This document shows positions 17,835-38,903 of a DNA stretch of 64,000 nucleotides, piece by piece. Under the pieces are notes generated by a model. That model was not told the origin of the DNA and ran no database searches. It saw nothing but the letters and a program-made list of their open reading frames with translations. How positions within the stretch are numbered: position 1 is the stretch's first letter; each line of letters begins with the position of its first letter. The translations under genes and the position numbers were made by a program. This DNA is from the human T2T-CHM13v2.0 reference genome, Homo sapiens, in the NCBI RefSeq assembly GCF_009914755.1, contig NC_060927.1; one strand, written 5' to 3'.

Positions 17835-18745
17835 ATACTTCTACCAAATGTTAAACACTATGCACTCTCATTTAATCTTCAAATTCAGAATCAAATATAA
17901 TTATTACCCCAACTATGCAGATGTAAAAACTGAGGCTTAGAGACAGCAAATGAATACCTAAGGCCATAAAGTAAACAACCAGAACAGACATTTGAATCAG
18001 CTGATAATCACCATGCTGCTTTTATGTCCCTTCCTTTCCCAAAAGTTGGCACAGCCCGGCACAGTGATGCATGCCTATAGTCTCAACTACTCAGGAGGCT
18101 GAGGTGGGAGGATCACATGAGCCCAGGAGTTTGAGGCTACAATGTGCCACCATCACACCTGTGAATAGCCACTGCACTCCAGTCTGGGCAACACAGCAAG
18201 ACCCTGTTTCCTAAAAAATAACAGCTGGCACTTACCAACAGCCTCTCTAATCAAAGTCAACCCTGTTTACAGGCTTTAAGGTGTCCCAGCATTTAGCTCC
18301 CCCACCTTAAGAGCTTCAGTTGTGCTTACTAGTAAGCTAAGTAAACCCAAACGTTCTTTCTTTTACAAGGCTTGCTATATTTCACCTTCAAGTCTTCAAG
18401 AAATAAAACCTTTTCATTCATCTTTTCCAATGAGTCTTCCCAGACAAGTAACATCTGACTAAAAACAAAACCAAAATCTACCAAGTCAATAGGTCAATAG
18501 GTCAATAAGCGCTACTTCAAGAAAATAAACAGCTACATTTACTGAGTACTCAGTGCATCCAGACCCAGTTCTAAGAGCTTTAAACATATTAACTAACTGG
18601 ATCCTCACACCAATCCTATGAAGGTACTGTCATTAACTTGTTTTTCAGATAAAGTTGAAATGAGGCTTAGATTACAGAGCTAATAAGAACAGCTGGGATT
18701 GGAATTTAGGCAGTCAGGCTCTAGAACTCAGGGTTGTAACACTAC
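17835..18745. mobile_element. MIR fragments (~17835-17995, ~18540-18745) and a FAM monomer (~18054-18220, +)
   Basis: cagatgtaaaaactgaggcttagag MIR core; FAM-type cctgtgaatagccactgcactcc. Confidence 0.65.
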
Positions 18746-19808
18746 CCAGTGATGCCCCCTATTCCTATTTCCACTACCACCTAGTTTCAATGCCATACAT
18801 TATGAATGATATGAAAGAATACAATCCATGGTCTTTTTCTTAAATTTACCATTTAATTAAGAAAACTTTTCTTTAGGAAAATATTAGGAAGATGACAATG
18901 ATAACATAGCAATTTTACTGAGTGGAATACATATGGTAGTAACATTTGGGGAAGCTCAAGACATTCAACTTTCAAGGGAAAGTATGGTAGGAAAATAATC
19001 TTTCCTAAAGCTATCTGGGCAATCATGCAATGATCCTATACAACTGCTTAGTAGTGTACCTTATGCAATTATTTTACTACCTTGCTTCCAAATGACTTCA
19101 TTTGTTTTCAACCTGCCTCTTTCCTTGGCCTATATGTTCCTGGCAGGTAAAAGAGATGACTAAATGTTCTCCTTTATAAACTGTAAGAGCAGAGTTTAGT
19201 GTTCTATAAGCAACTGATACTCTGTGAATGTCAGACGGCAAATGTGAAAACAAAAGCACTACACAATTATTACATAGGTTGTTTTCAAATCATAAGTAAC
19301 ATGCAAAAGAATGCTTTTTATAAAAGACATGAACAAGATCAGAGACTGAGGAAATGTATTCATGCTCAAGAAGCACTGACCCAATGCATAGGTGTCCACA
19401 TGCACTGATGTCACTCAGACTGTGAAGCTGATTTTGATCCCTCCACCACCCTCAATCTGTAAAAGGCATCCCTGAAAGGGAATCAGCACCTGCCAGTCCT
19501 GCACCAGCACTGCCACCTTCTACCTTTTGCTACAGAAACACAGCCACAATGATTGGTGAGGGGGCCTTCTGTCCCTGGCAAAGCTAGCAACAAATTAAGG
19601 CTACTTCTGAACTAGGTTAATTCTGAATTTATTTTGCTAACAAGATTTTTTAAACTGTACTGCTTTCTTTATTCATAAAATAAACTGGCACCCCAATAAA
19701 GACTTTTTTTCACATGCTTAAGGCTTCACTTTTCACCTAATCAGTACTGATCATGCCACAGAAGATACACTTTAAAAGAATGTTTATGCATAAAAAAGGA
19801 CTGCACAC

Positions 19809-19853
19809 CTGGATAGCCTCCTGAGACCCAACATCTCACTGTCATGAGTGTTC
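19809..19853 (-). CDS. PBRM1: PBRM1 alternative 45-nt cassette exon, inserts RNTHDSEMLGLRRLS between BD3 and BD4
   Basis: acceptor tgtttctgctttcccag|GAAC, donor CAG|gtgtgc; phase 2-2, no stop; peptide matches an isoform insertion I recall for BAF180. Confidence 0.85.
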
Positions 19854-20479
19854 CTGGGAAAGCAGAAACAAACATTACATGTAAAGAGAAACAAAACAAG
19901 CAACATTGGAGGGTCATGTACAAACCATGTATGGTTGAAGAAAAAGATTATTCAGTCCAAAGTACCAAAGACAATATTTGAAACATTTCAACAAGGAAGA
20001 CAGATGTTGGCAGAAAGAATGCACCCCCAGAATGAAGAGAATATACCCACAATCAATTTTTCTCACATTCTTTAGTATTAAAAAAAAGGCGAAGGCAGAA
20101 TCATACACAGCACTTAGAAGTCAAGTCAAGTGGTACTTGGAAAACTTAGCCCTGACTTCTGTGGCCAAGATTAGCTTAATTTTCTAGGCTACTGTCTGCC
20201 TGACTTCTGAAGAAATCTCTTATTACCAAAACCTCTCAACATGACTGATCGTGTTATTTCCTTTTTCATAGTCCAAAGTATAAGACTTAATCCTTTCAAT
20301 CTTTTAACGTCCACTCATGTCTACATTTCAAACTCAGATTCTTTTATTTTTTTAGTGGATGATTTATATTGTTCTTTTATTTGTGTTTTTCACTTCATTT
20401 GTACAAAACACTTCCTAGGAAACCTGTTTGTAAAGAGACTTTTTGTCTGAAGTAAGATTTTTTTAAATTAAGAACATAA

Positions 20480-20788
<309 letters not shown>

Positions 20789-22184
20789 CAAAAACTTTAG
20801 CTTATTTGAGTGTCCCACAGACTACTAGCCACACAGGTATGTAATTTTCGAGTATCTGGCCTGGGCTAATGCTTCGTTGGAACTGTTTTCTTAATACTCA
20901 ACTAATTTAAGATCTTTCTTTTCATCCAGTGTTGGCACTAATTGTACCATCACTTTTGCCTCCATTACCTTCTTTTGCCTGATAAGTTTTTATCTTTGAT
21001 AGGTGACTGATCTGGAAAACACAGGTGATGCTGCAGTAGAGTTACATATTTACACTCAAAGTTGTTCTTGTTCTTGATTTGATGTCTTTGATCTGGTTTC
21101 ACACTTTTCCTCCATTGTCCCTGGTATAACAAGGAATTAAGAACTTGGAAGGATGAAATTCATAGGCCAGTAATGGAGGAGACTCACATCTCAGGGTATA
21201 CTGATCAATTTAGTTACCATGGTAAAGCTTAAAAAATTCTCCAAAATGCTATCTATAAGAAGGAAAGCAGGACAGCTCCTCTTTTCTAAACTACTTTTTA
21301 AATTCTTCTTAGTGGATCTCTTAATGCATGTATAGACTGTGTCAACAGTTACTAAAGACTTCATTCAACTTTGAATCTGCCAAGCCTTGCTATTAGTGAT
21401 TAGCTTATTCCTTATTGAAGGTATCTTCCCTGGATTGACTGTTGCTGCAAAGATGGTGAGGCAGTCATGATTAAAGGACAATACAGTGTTCCACAATGAT
21501 CAGGCGAGAGAAACTTTGTGTGGCGAGAGATAATATTGCAAAATTCCTTATAGGATCCCAGCTTTGGAATCTCACAGTAAGATCCCCTTCCACAAAACCC
21601 GTGAGAAGGAGAAACGGTTAGGGAAGTTGAGAGAAAGGTTATATAGGAAAAAAAACCCCAAAAATCTAGCTCAACATTTTATGAGCTATAAGAAGTTATG
21701 ATTTGTTATTTTATAATCTGACATGCTTAAAATGGCAAATAAAGATGAGGTGAACAAGGACAAACAAAGGGTAGGACCAATGGCATACCTCACTGCAGTG
21801 GTAGTATCAAATTTCTCCTTACCTTTCCTAATTCAAATTGCATTTTTGTAATTCACCATGTAGAAATTACCCAAGTTAGATTTAAGTGGCATTCTTAAAA
21901 TGCCACATTAAAAGAAAAAAAAAAACCCAGACGGCAAACGGAATAACATGTTTTGCCAAGCTACATATGTAGTAGTCATTTTCATCTGGGTCATCTAAAA
22001 GTAACATGGCACTTTTACAAAAAAAAAGCTAATCATCCAATTGCAAATGAATTTTAAAAGAGAACACATTACCATTTATTTAAAGCTTACAACTTGATAG
22101 CTTAAAAAATATATATTTTCTTCACTTATCTAAAACAAAATTAACAGGAACTGAGATGTCCCCAGCTATAAGAAGAGTATATAC

Positions 22185-22282
22185 CTTTTTCTTTTGGCAC
22201 TACCAGTATCAGAGGTGGCTGAAGAGATCATGCTGTCTCCGTCCTCGATATCGTCTCTCCTGGCAAGCTCTTTCTTCTTTGC
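22185..22282 (-). CDS. PBRM1: PBRM1 exon ~14 (98 nt): AKKKELARRDDIEDGDSMISSATSDTGSAKRK(S)
   Basis: acceptor ttttag|GCA, donor AAG|gtatat. Confidence 0.95.
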
Positions 22283-23349
22283 CTAAAACAGAGCAGATCT
22301 CAGGAGTTGAGCTCATGTGCCAAACACTCCTCTGAATATATGAATGTTAAAGAGCTAGACATATCAGATTCACTCAGAAAAATACAATCACATGCAGGAT
22401 GTACAAAATGAAAGAGTCATTAAACATTTTCAATAACCAATTTTAACAAAAGCCTGCATGACAAAAAGAGTAGGTTAAAAAATGGTTCTACAGGGTTGAG
22501 GAGTCAATACCAGCAGAGCATTTATGACTATAATGGGTGCTAACTGGTTAAAAGCACTGAGGCAAGCTGTAGAAGCATCCTGCTCTGGTTGTCCTATTTA
22601 AGTAAAACCAACTCAAAGAGGGCCTTTGGTACTCCTGACTTCTAAGGGGCAGTGTGGCTAAGAATAAAGTTTAATGCAAGAAGTGAAAGATCTACTTTTC
22701 AACACATGCATTTTTAAAGGCCTTCTGCCAAACAGAGCTGAAAGTCCAAGCACAGCAGGCTTAGGGAATGTACAGAGTACTAAAAAGGTAATAATACCTG
22801 AAAGTCTCAGCACTAAGGTTCACTGTTAATCATATAAAATGAAGATTCTATGGGTGATCTAAAATTGCCTTTGTTGCTTCATTGTTCAGAGATTTGCCTT
22901 TCCAGAAAGATTCTACCAAAAACTGTCAGATAGACCCAATTTGTATTTCATATCTACCTTTTCATCTTAAAACCCCTAGATGAACCATGACCTGAGACAT
23001 CCTTCCAAGGGTTCTCAGAGAGGATCTGATAAATTCATAGACAATATACAAAGATTAATTTGCTTTCAGATGTCCTTTCTGATAGAATCAGCCCTACTTT
23101 AACAAAGTCTAGAACCAAAGGAATAAAATCTAAATGATGGAATATCATCGGTGATTGCAGGGTGACTTCATGAGAATCCCAAAATTACTGTACAGGGACC
23201 AATCCCTGCTTCCTCCAATCAGAAGGCTAACCCCATCTCAATTATTATTTCTACTCTATATGGCCATGACAACTCCAAAAAAAAAAAAAATTCAGCAGTA
23301 CTTGAGGATGAAATACATAATAAATATATATTATAATACATAAGTATAA

Positions 23350-23683
<334 letters not shown>

Positions 23684-23805
23684 AAATGATGTAATATTAC
23701 TGCTGAGGGTGGGGGGGATCACACATCTTACTAGAACACACTCAAAACATGCAAAATTATTTTAATCATATATACAACAAACTCAGCAAAAACAATAAAT
23801 CACAC

Positions 23806-23947
23806 CTGCATAACTTGCTGCAATTTTAGAACTCGCTTGTAGATGGCTGAATTGGGCACATTATAGCGTTTGGCATTTTCAAACATTAAATTCAGATCAC
23901 ACTCCAAATGATCTAAAGTTTCATATTCTTGATTCTTCAGTTTTGTT
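23806..23947 (-). CDS. PBRM1: PBRM1 exon ~13 (142 nt), BD3 C-terminal half: TKLKNQEYETLDHLECDLNLMFENAKRYNVPNSAIYKRVLKLQQVMQ
   Basis: Within ORF 23800..24018; acceptor ttcacag|AAC, donor CAG|gtgtga. Confidence 0.97.
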
Positions 23948-25271
23948 CTGTGAAAGACAAAGAAATTGCTAGAATTTTCTGTCATGAAAATTATGAAACA
24001 TTCTTCCTGAAAGTCCAATGCAAAATCTTGACAAGCACTACATGGTATCTTTACTGGTAATACTGATTAGGAACTTAAAAATGACTTTTGAGATACAAAG
24101 TAAGGAGGCAAAAGCACCATTACATTAAGGTAATATGACAGTTTACTTGAAAATCCAAAAGAATAAACTAAAACACTATAAGAAATAATAATAAGACCTA
24201 GTAAAGACCTAGCAAAGAAGACAATTACAAAGCAAACATTCTACTTGGAAAAAACCCTAATGGAAAAATCCTAATAGTTCATACGTGAACCTTATGAAGG
24301 GACGAAAATTAGGGAGGTTTTAAGTGACCTCAATGAACAATCATGGTGATCTACCCATTTCTGAAAATAAAAGGCCATTCTAGTTCATAAGGGTTAAAGA
24401 GACAGTACTGACAGTGCAAAGTATTTATAAACAATAAAGAGTGGTCTTATGATGGTAAAAGAGAGATAGATATGTCAGAGTCCATTCATTTCTATTCTTC
24501 CAATATAAACACATAATAACTTGGCAGCTTAAAGCTGGGATTTTTACTTAAAAGTCTTAAGATTCCAAGTATCTCACTTAAACACAATCATTATTATTGT
24601 ATCAACTATCATAAAGCCCTTATGTACTTTGTACAAAGTAGAGTCACTATTTGCTGTAACACTATATGGATTTAGACAGGACAGACTTTAAATCTTTTGA
24701 TTGTAGCATTTGCACGTTAACCATCAAAATCACAAAGACAGTTAACAATAATATGTATAAACAGCTTCACAGAATAAGTGAATTTTCTCTTAGAATGGCA
24801 TCTGCATGTAAAGTTTTATTTAAAATTTACCAAAATCATATTCAGATTCTGTGTTGTGCTCCAACAGATGAATATTAGAGAACATCTCTGTGACAAAGCA
24901 AACAACAACTAAGCACAAATTCAGCTCTCAGTACCAGGTTGTGTAGCTAGCACCTAGAGTTCAAATTACAGCCTCAGACTTGTTCCCGTCAACTCAAAGG
25001 GTAGAGGGCTAGATGTTCTCAATACCCTCAAACAGACAGAAAACCCAAACTTGCAAATGACAACGAATAATAAACCTGCAGATATTTATCAGATTACTAT
25101 TAATCAAGGGTAGTGGGGGAGGAAAAAGAAAAAAAAATAGGGGGGACAAATCCCAGTACAGCAGAAGGTAGCATATGGAGTCCACACTGTCTAGTTCCTG
25201 CTTACTCTTCCATTTTTGTTGCTTTTGGGGAAACTCAACTATCTTCCTTCTGCCAATAGATCTTCCTAGGG

Positions 25272-25469
25272 GTACACTGTACAATATAGTAGCCACTAGC
25301 CATGTGTGGCTATTTAAATTAAAATTAAATAAAACTTAAAATCTAATTCCTTAATCACACTAGCCACATTTCAAGTGCTCAATAGCCACATATGACTAGT
25401 GTCTATCACATTGGAATATTGATAATAAAACATTTTCATCAACGCAGAAAGTTCTGTTGAATAGCACTG
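25272..25469. mobile_element. MER3-like (hAT-Charlie)
   Basis: gtagccactagccatgtgtggctattta...tagccacatttcaagtgctcaatagccaca...gaaagttctgttgaatagcactg. Confidence 0.8.
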
Positions 25470-26101
25470 CCCCTAGACCTCCCTGTTGCTCTGTAGACCA
25501 CAATGGAAGGGATCGTAGGCACAGTAAGGCTCCTGTCAGGCACCACTGGCTCACAATCCGCGGAAGGCAGCAACATTAGACATAATAGTTTACCCTTCAG
25601 AACTTTAGTGTGCTGGGCTTCAACAACTTCCCTATTCCTTACTCTCCCCTGTGTGCCACACAATTGCCATTATAAATTAGAAAGGGGAGGGGAGATATTA
25701 CTGACTTAAAGCAAAGTTTATATTAGAAAATTTCAACTTGGAAGAAGGCTGTGTTGGCAGGGGACTGAGCTGGCTAAGAATTTGTCTTCTTTTGAACTAA
25801 GCTACTGTAATAGACTATTTAAATAATTTAAAAATAATAATGAAGGAGAAAGGAAACCAAGAACAAAAATTGTTCAAAATTTTGGACAGGGAACTTCTTA
25901 ACATCTGCAAGACTATCACTATCTTTTCCCAACGCAAAGAATATAAAAGACATATTTCTAGGCTATTTCTGTAATGAATCTCAGCCTTAATTTCCATGTT
26001 ATTTTAATAAGACCAAAAAAACTAATCTTCTGTATCCTACTTGTATACAGGACCTCCAAAGTCTGGATTAAATAAAAGCACCATAAATCCTACTGATCAA
26101 C

Positions 26102-27911
<1,810 letters not shown>

Positions 27912-27914
27912 TAC

Positions 27915-28780
27915 CTTGACCATTTTTAAGTGTACAGTTTAGTAGTATAAAATACTTCCATAATGCTATGCAATTAATATGACCATCCATCTCTAGAACT
28001 CTTTCCATTTTGTAAGACTGACACTCTATACCCATTAAACAGTAACTTCCTGTTTCCCTCTTCCCCTAGTCCCTGGCAACTACTATTCTATTTTGTCTCT
28101 GATTTTTTTTTTTAATGTTCTGGATCAGCGTCTATGTCTCTATGACTTCTGATTGCACAAATACTCATATCAATAGAATCATTCAGTATTTGTATTTTGT
28201 GACTGGGTTATTTCACTTAGCATAATGTCCTCAAGCTTCATCCATGTTAGAGCGTTTCAAAATTTCTTTTAAAGATTGAATAATATTCCATTGTATGTAC
28301 ACACCATTTTGCGTATCCCCTCATCTCTTGATGCATACTTGAGCTTCCATGTTTTAGCTATTGTGAATGCTGCTGCTGTGAACACAGGTTTACAAATACC
28401 TCTTTGAGACCCTGCTTTCATTTCTTTGGGGTACATATGCAAAATGGAATTTCTTAATCACATGGTAATTCTGTGTTTAATTTTTTGAGGAACTGCCACA
28501 CTGTTTTCCACAGCGTCTATACCATTTTACATTCCCACTATCTGCACAGAGGTTCCAATTTCTCCACATACACACCAATAATTATTATTATTACTTTTTT
28601 AAAGTAACCATCCTAATGAGTGCAAAGTGGTATCACACAAAAGTTCTGAACTGCATTTTCCTAATAATTAGTGATGCTGAGCACCTTTTCATGTGCTTAT
28701 TAGCCAGCTGTATATTTTCCTTGGAGAAAGGTCCATTCAAGACCTTTGCCCATTTCTGAATTGGGTTTTTTTTTGTGGTT
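27915..28780 (-). mobile_element. L1M (MB-like) 3' fragment
   Basis: ttttaagtgtacagtt, tttcacttagcataatgtcctcaag, ttttttgaggaactgccacactgttttcca typical of antisense L1 3' end. Confidence 0.85.
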
Positions 28781-29068
28781 GAGACGTCCTACTATTTTTA
28801 ATGACACTATTGTGATTTAAGTATTCTGTCTGGTAGCCCAATGATCACTTTAACATTTTCTAAATAGAAAAAAGAGAACAAGATGAATCATCTTTCTGGT
28901 ATGGTTGCGGTTAATGAATTCTCCAGGAACTGACTATGCTTATCCTGGGGTTTCAACTATAGATACATAACTTAAATACAGATTAACTGTCATAATTAAA
29001 ATATTAATAAAAGAGGTAGGCTGAAAGATTTTCGTACTTTGCTCAGTTATAAGATAATGAACAGTTAA

Positions 29069-29380
<312 letters not shown>

Positions 29381-29513
29381 TTAAAATTTGAGGTTAAAAA
29401 AAAACACCATTTTTACCTTTAATATCCTTATCCATTTTAGGAAGAAATACATTATGTGCAGGCTCAGCCACAACAAAATAAAATTATACTGAATAATGTA
29501 GAAGACATCTTAC

Positions 29514-29727
29514 CGGATCTGTTGTAGTGATATGGGCATTTTAATTTGCTGGTAATAATCAGGGTATTTTTTCTTTGAAGGCAAATGGTAAAAAGGTTCA
29601 GCTATTAGCTGCCCTTGGTTATTCCGACAACTCCTAACTGTGTCATAAAGCTGATAAAAAGGATTTGAAACATCCATAAAGGAAGTGATGCTTTCTGCTT
29701 CTGACTCTCCCTCTTCATAGCGTGCAG
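29514..29727 (-). CDS. PBRM1: PBRM1 exon ~12 (214 nt), BD3 N-terminal half: ARYEEGESEAESITSFMDVSNPFYQLYDTVRSCRNNQGQLIAEPFYHLPSKKKYPDYYQQIKMPISLQQI(R)
   Basis: Within ORF 29510..29797; acceptor tttccag|CTG, donor CCG|gtaaga. Confidence 0.97.
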
Positions 29728-29822
29728 CTGGAAAGACAAAAAAAGTATTTATAAAGGGACGAATGAGATGAAGAAAGAACCATACTTTAAAGTTCATTTA
29801 ACAACCTTCCAGATTGAACTAA

Positions 29823-31082
<1,260 letters not shown>

Positions 31083-31387
31083 TAGATTGGGCTGATTCTA
31101 TCAGACATGATTTAGCCTTAAATCTCTGTGACTTTGCCCACTGATTTAAAACATCCCCCAGGACTATTCCCTTGCTGAGGGAATTTTTAGGTAGAAGCAA
31201 ATCATAAAAACACCAAAGCAAACAAAACGTAATTATTTTTATAAAAATAAAAAATATGTTGCTCATTTCCCCAAACTCCTAAACAGTGTGTAAGGACCAT
31301 AATTTAAATTTTTCTTGATGGATCAGAATAAACATATAGTTGCTATGTACTCTCAGGTAAGAACCATAATCATTTATTAAGAATTTA

Positions 31388-31669
31388 GGCTGGGCACGGT
31401 GGCTCATGCCTGTAATCCCAGCACTTTGGGAGGCCAAGGCGGGCAAATCATGAGGTCAGTAGTTCAAGACCAGCCTGGCCAACATGATGAAACCCCGTCT
31501 CTACTAAAAATAAAAAAAATTAGCCGGGTGTGGTGGCAGGTGACTGTAATCCCAGCTACTCGGGAGGCTGAGGCAGGAGAATCACTTGAAACCAGAAGGC
31601 GGAGATTGTAGTAAGCAGGGATTACACCACTGTACTCCAGCCTGGGCAAAAGAGTGAAACTCTGTCTCC

Positions 31670-31700
<31 letters not shown>

Positions 31701-31784
31701 ATTTAATTAGGCCAGGCGCAGTGACTCACACTTGTAATCCTGCCTGGGCGACAGAGTGAGACTCCGCCTTAAAAAAAAAAAAAA
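31388..31784 (+). mobile_element. AluS-like followed by a ~60-nt internally deleted mini-Alu (31710-31784)
   Basis: shared target sequence aagaattta. Confidence 0.88.
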
Positions 31785-32039
31785 GAATTTAATTATGTGT
31801 TAAGAGCTTGATAAGTACCAGCCTCAGGTAATCCTAAAACCAACACACAAGATGGGTATTATTTCTTTTTCAAATGGGAAAACTGGGCATATGAGGTTAA
31901 TTACTTGCACAAGTTCAGCCACCACATAAAGCAGTTGAAGGGGATTAGGAACCAGAGTCATGGAGCTAGAAGCAGATAAGAATTTGAAACTAGTCTTTTC
32001 TGACTCTAATACCTCTGATCTCTCCCCTAAAGAGCCTGC

Positions 32040-35884
<3,845 letters not shown>

Positions 35885-36089
35885 TAACAAGAAGATAATA
35901 TTTTTTCAATTTCTGATAAGACCAGGCCCAATTTAAATAAAAAAATACTTAATTCTGTAGATCAATGTTTCAAAAAAGTAAATTTATACATAATAGCCTA
36001 TAGTGATTATGAAATTTCTATAGGAGATTTAGTTAAAAACAAGATACAACTGGAGAAGTCTGTTGTGTAACATTCAATAATAAAATTGA

Positions 36090-36453
<364 letters not shown>

Positions 36454-36865
36454 CTATAGTAAAGGGGAAAATATTATATCAAACTTAAGAGAAAGACAAG
36501 CCAAGAAGAAATTAGAGCATACTGAAAATATAAGCTAAAGCCTGAAAATCTAAGATGAATGTGGATTTCTGAGATTTTCTGATGCTTTTACTAGTACTCA
36601 CTATTTATCATTATAGGTTTTAAACCAGGATCTGCTAAGTTATCAATTATTTTTGCAGAAGTATTATTTACCCAAATATGAGTTTTAAGACAAGATAAAG
36701 CATTAACCTTTTGATAGGTCTGACTACCAGAGTACAATCAAATGCAATAAAATAGCATGTACTTCCCAAACCAGCAAACCCTAGGCCAGAAAAAATCACT
36801 GCAATTTCATTTAGCTAGAAGGATCCACTAAGAAGGCATTTCGCTAGTCAAAACCTAATGCCTAC

Positions 36866-36957
36866 CAGCTAAAGCAGCATCTTCTTCACTTTCTGAGCCA
36901 TATTGAAGTGCCATTGTAATTGCTGATAAACGACCTCCTTGTACTGCTCTTTTATTA
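36866..36957 (-). CDS. PBRM1: PBRM1 exon ~11 (92 nt): NKRAVQGGRLSAITMALQYGSESEEDAALA(A)
   Basis: poly-T acceptor ...tttgtag|TAA, donor CTG|gtaggc. Confidence 0.95.
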
Positions 36958-37244
36958 CTACAAAAAAAAAAAAAGCAATTAGACAGGGAAGGATGTTATA
37001 ATAATTAGGTTACTTTACAGGGAACAGGAACTATTAACAAAGTGTTAAGATGAAAGAAAAATAATTTCTATTCAATTGCCTCCTTAGTTTATCTCTGTAC
37101 TTAATGGTTCTCATAATCAATCTTAGCCGAGGAAACTATTTTTTTCCTCTTAGAAAAGAGGGAGTGGAAAATAAGGACTCAGTCACAGTTGCTGATAATT
37201 ATCTTCTAAGATGTTCATATTTTACAATACAAATTCTATTATGA

Positions 37245-37560
37245 GGCTGGGCGTGGTGGCTCATGCCTGTAATCCCAGCACTTTGGGAGGCCGAGGCAGG
37301 TGGAACACCTGAGGTCAGGAGTTTGAGACCAGCCTGGCCAACATGGTGAAACCCCATCTCTACTAAAAATACAAAAAATTAGCCGGGTGTGGTAGTAGGC
37401 ACCTGTAATCCCAGCTATTCGGGAGGCTGAGGCAGGCGAATCACTTGAATCCAGGAGGCAGAGGTTGCAGAGATTGTGCCACTGCACTCCAGCCTGGGCA
37501 ACGAGAGCAAACTTCGTCTCAAAAAAAAAAAAAAAAAAAACCAAAAACCAAACAAACAAA
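37245..37560 (+). mobile_element. AluS-like
   Basis: TSD aaattctattatga. Confidence 0.92.
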
Positions 37561-37675
37561 AAATTCTATTATGAATTTAAAAAACCTATTAGTATTTAAC
37601 CTCACATTTTATTGGTAGCTAATATTAAACACTGCCTGCCTGAGAAACAATGCTTAAGCATCGTCTGAGAGGTGA

Positions 37676-37998
<323 letters not shown>

Positions 37999-38159
37999 CT
38001 AGTAACTCAACCTTTTAAATAAACCATTTGACAACAGATTCTCATTAACAACCAAACTATACCCAAAAATATTCCTTCAAGATAGCCATTGGGCAAATAC
38101 TAGTATGCCTATCTTTATAAGCACAGGTCAACTCTCAGACTAAACACTCTTTTTCTCAC

Positions 38160-38255
38160 CGGTAATACTTGCTAGTGGGATTTCTCTCTTCACCAAGGCT
38201 GCCTTTACTGTGTGAAGGACCTGTCAGTCTGGCTGCAGCCAAGTTGGATGGAGTC
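38160..38255 (-). CDS. PBRM1: PBRM1 exon ~10 (96 nt, phase 2-2, skippable in frame): TPSNLAAARLTGPSHSKGSLGEERNPTSKYY(R)
   Basis: acceptor ggatag|GAC, donor CCG|gtgaga. Confidence 0.94.
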
Positions 38256-38601
38256 CTATCCAGAGATAAGATAAAAAGCTTAGAAACTTGGTAGCTGAAA
38301 TTAGAGTGCTGGGTAAACAAACACACACACAACCATTTTCTTCTCTTCTAAATAGAAATGCTAAAATACTTCTGAACTTCTACTATGCAGCAGACTCTGC
38401 TTCAGGCCCTGGGGACTCTGCGGGGAAGAACAGACCAGGGCTGGTCCTAGAGAGCTTTTGGTCACTGCAGTGACCAGAGGACCTGGTACTGAAACAATGT
38501 CAAGGCCAGAGGAAAGCTTTGAAAGTAGTCACCCAACCTTCCCATTTCAGGTAGGGAGAAATGCAATCCTAGAACTAAGACTAGTTCAAGATCACAGTCC
38601 T

Positions 38602-38903
<302 letters not shown>

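Noticed and set aside
20800-21640. Possible processed pseudogene or CR1/L3 remnant
   Set aside because: No sustained ORF, poly-A or TSD seen, and no parent recognised; needs BLAST/Dfam
26021-26036. ctaatcttctgtatc resembling antisense U6 snRNA
   Set aside because: Match of ~15 nt with a gap and no flanking similarity; chance
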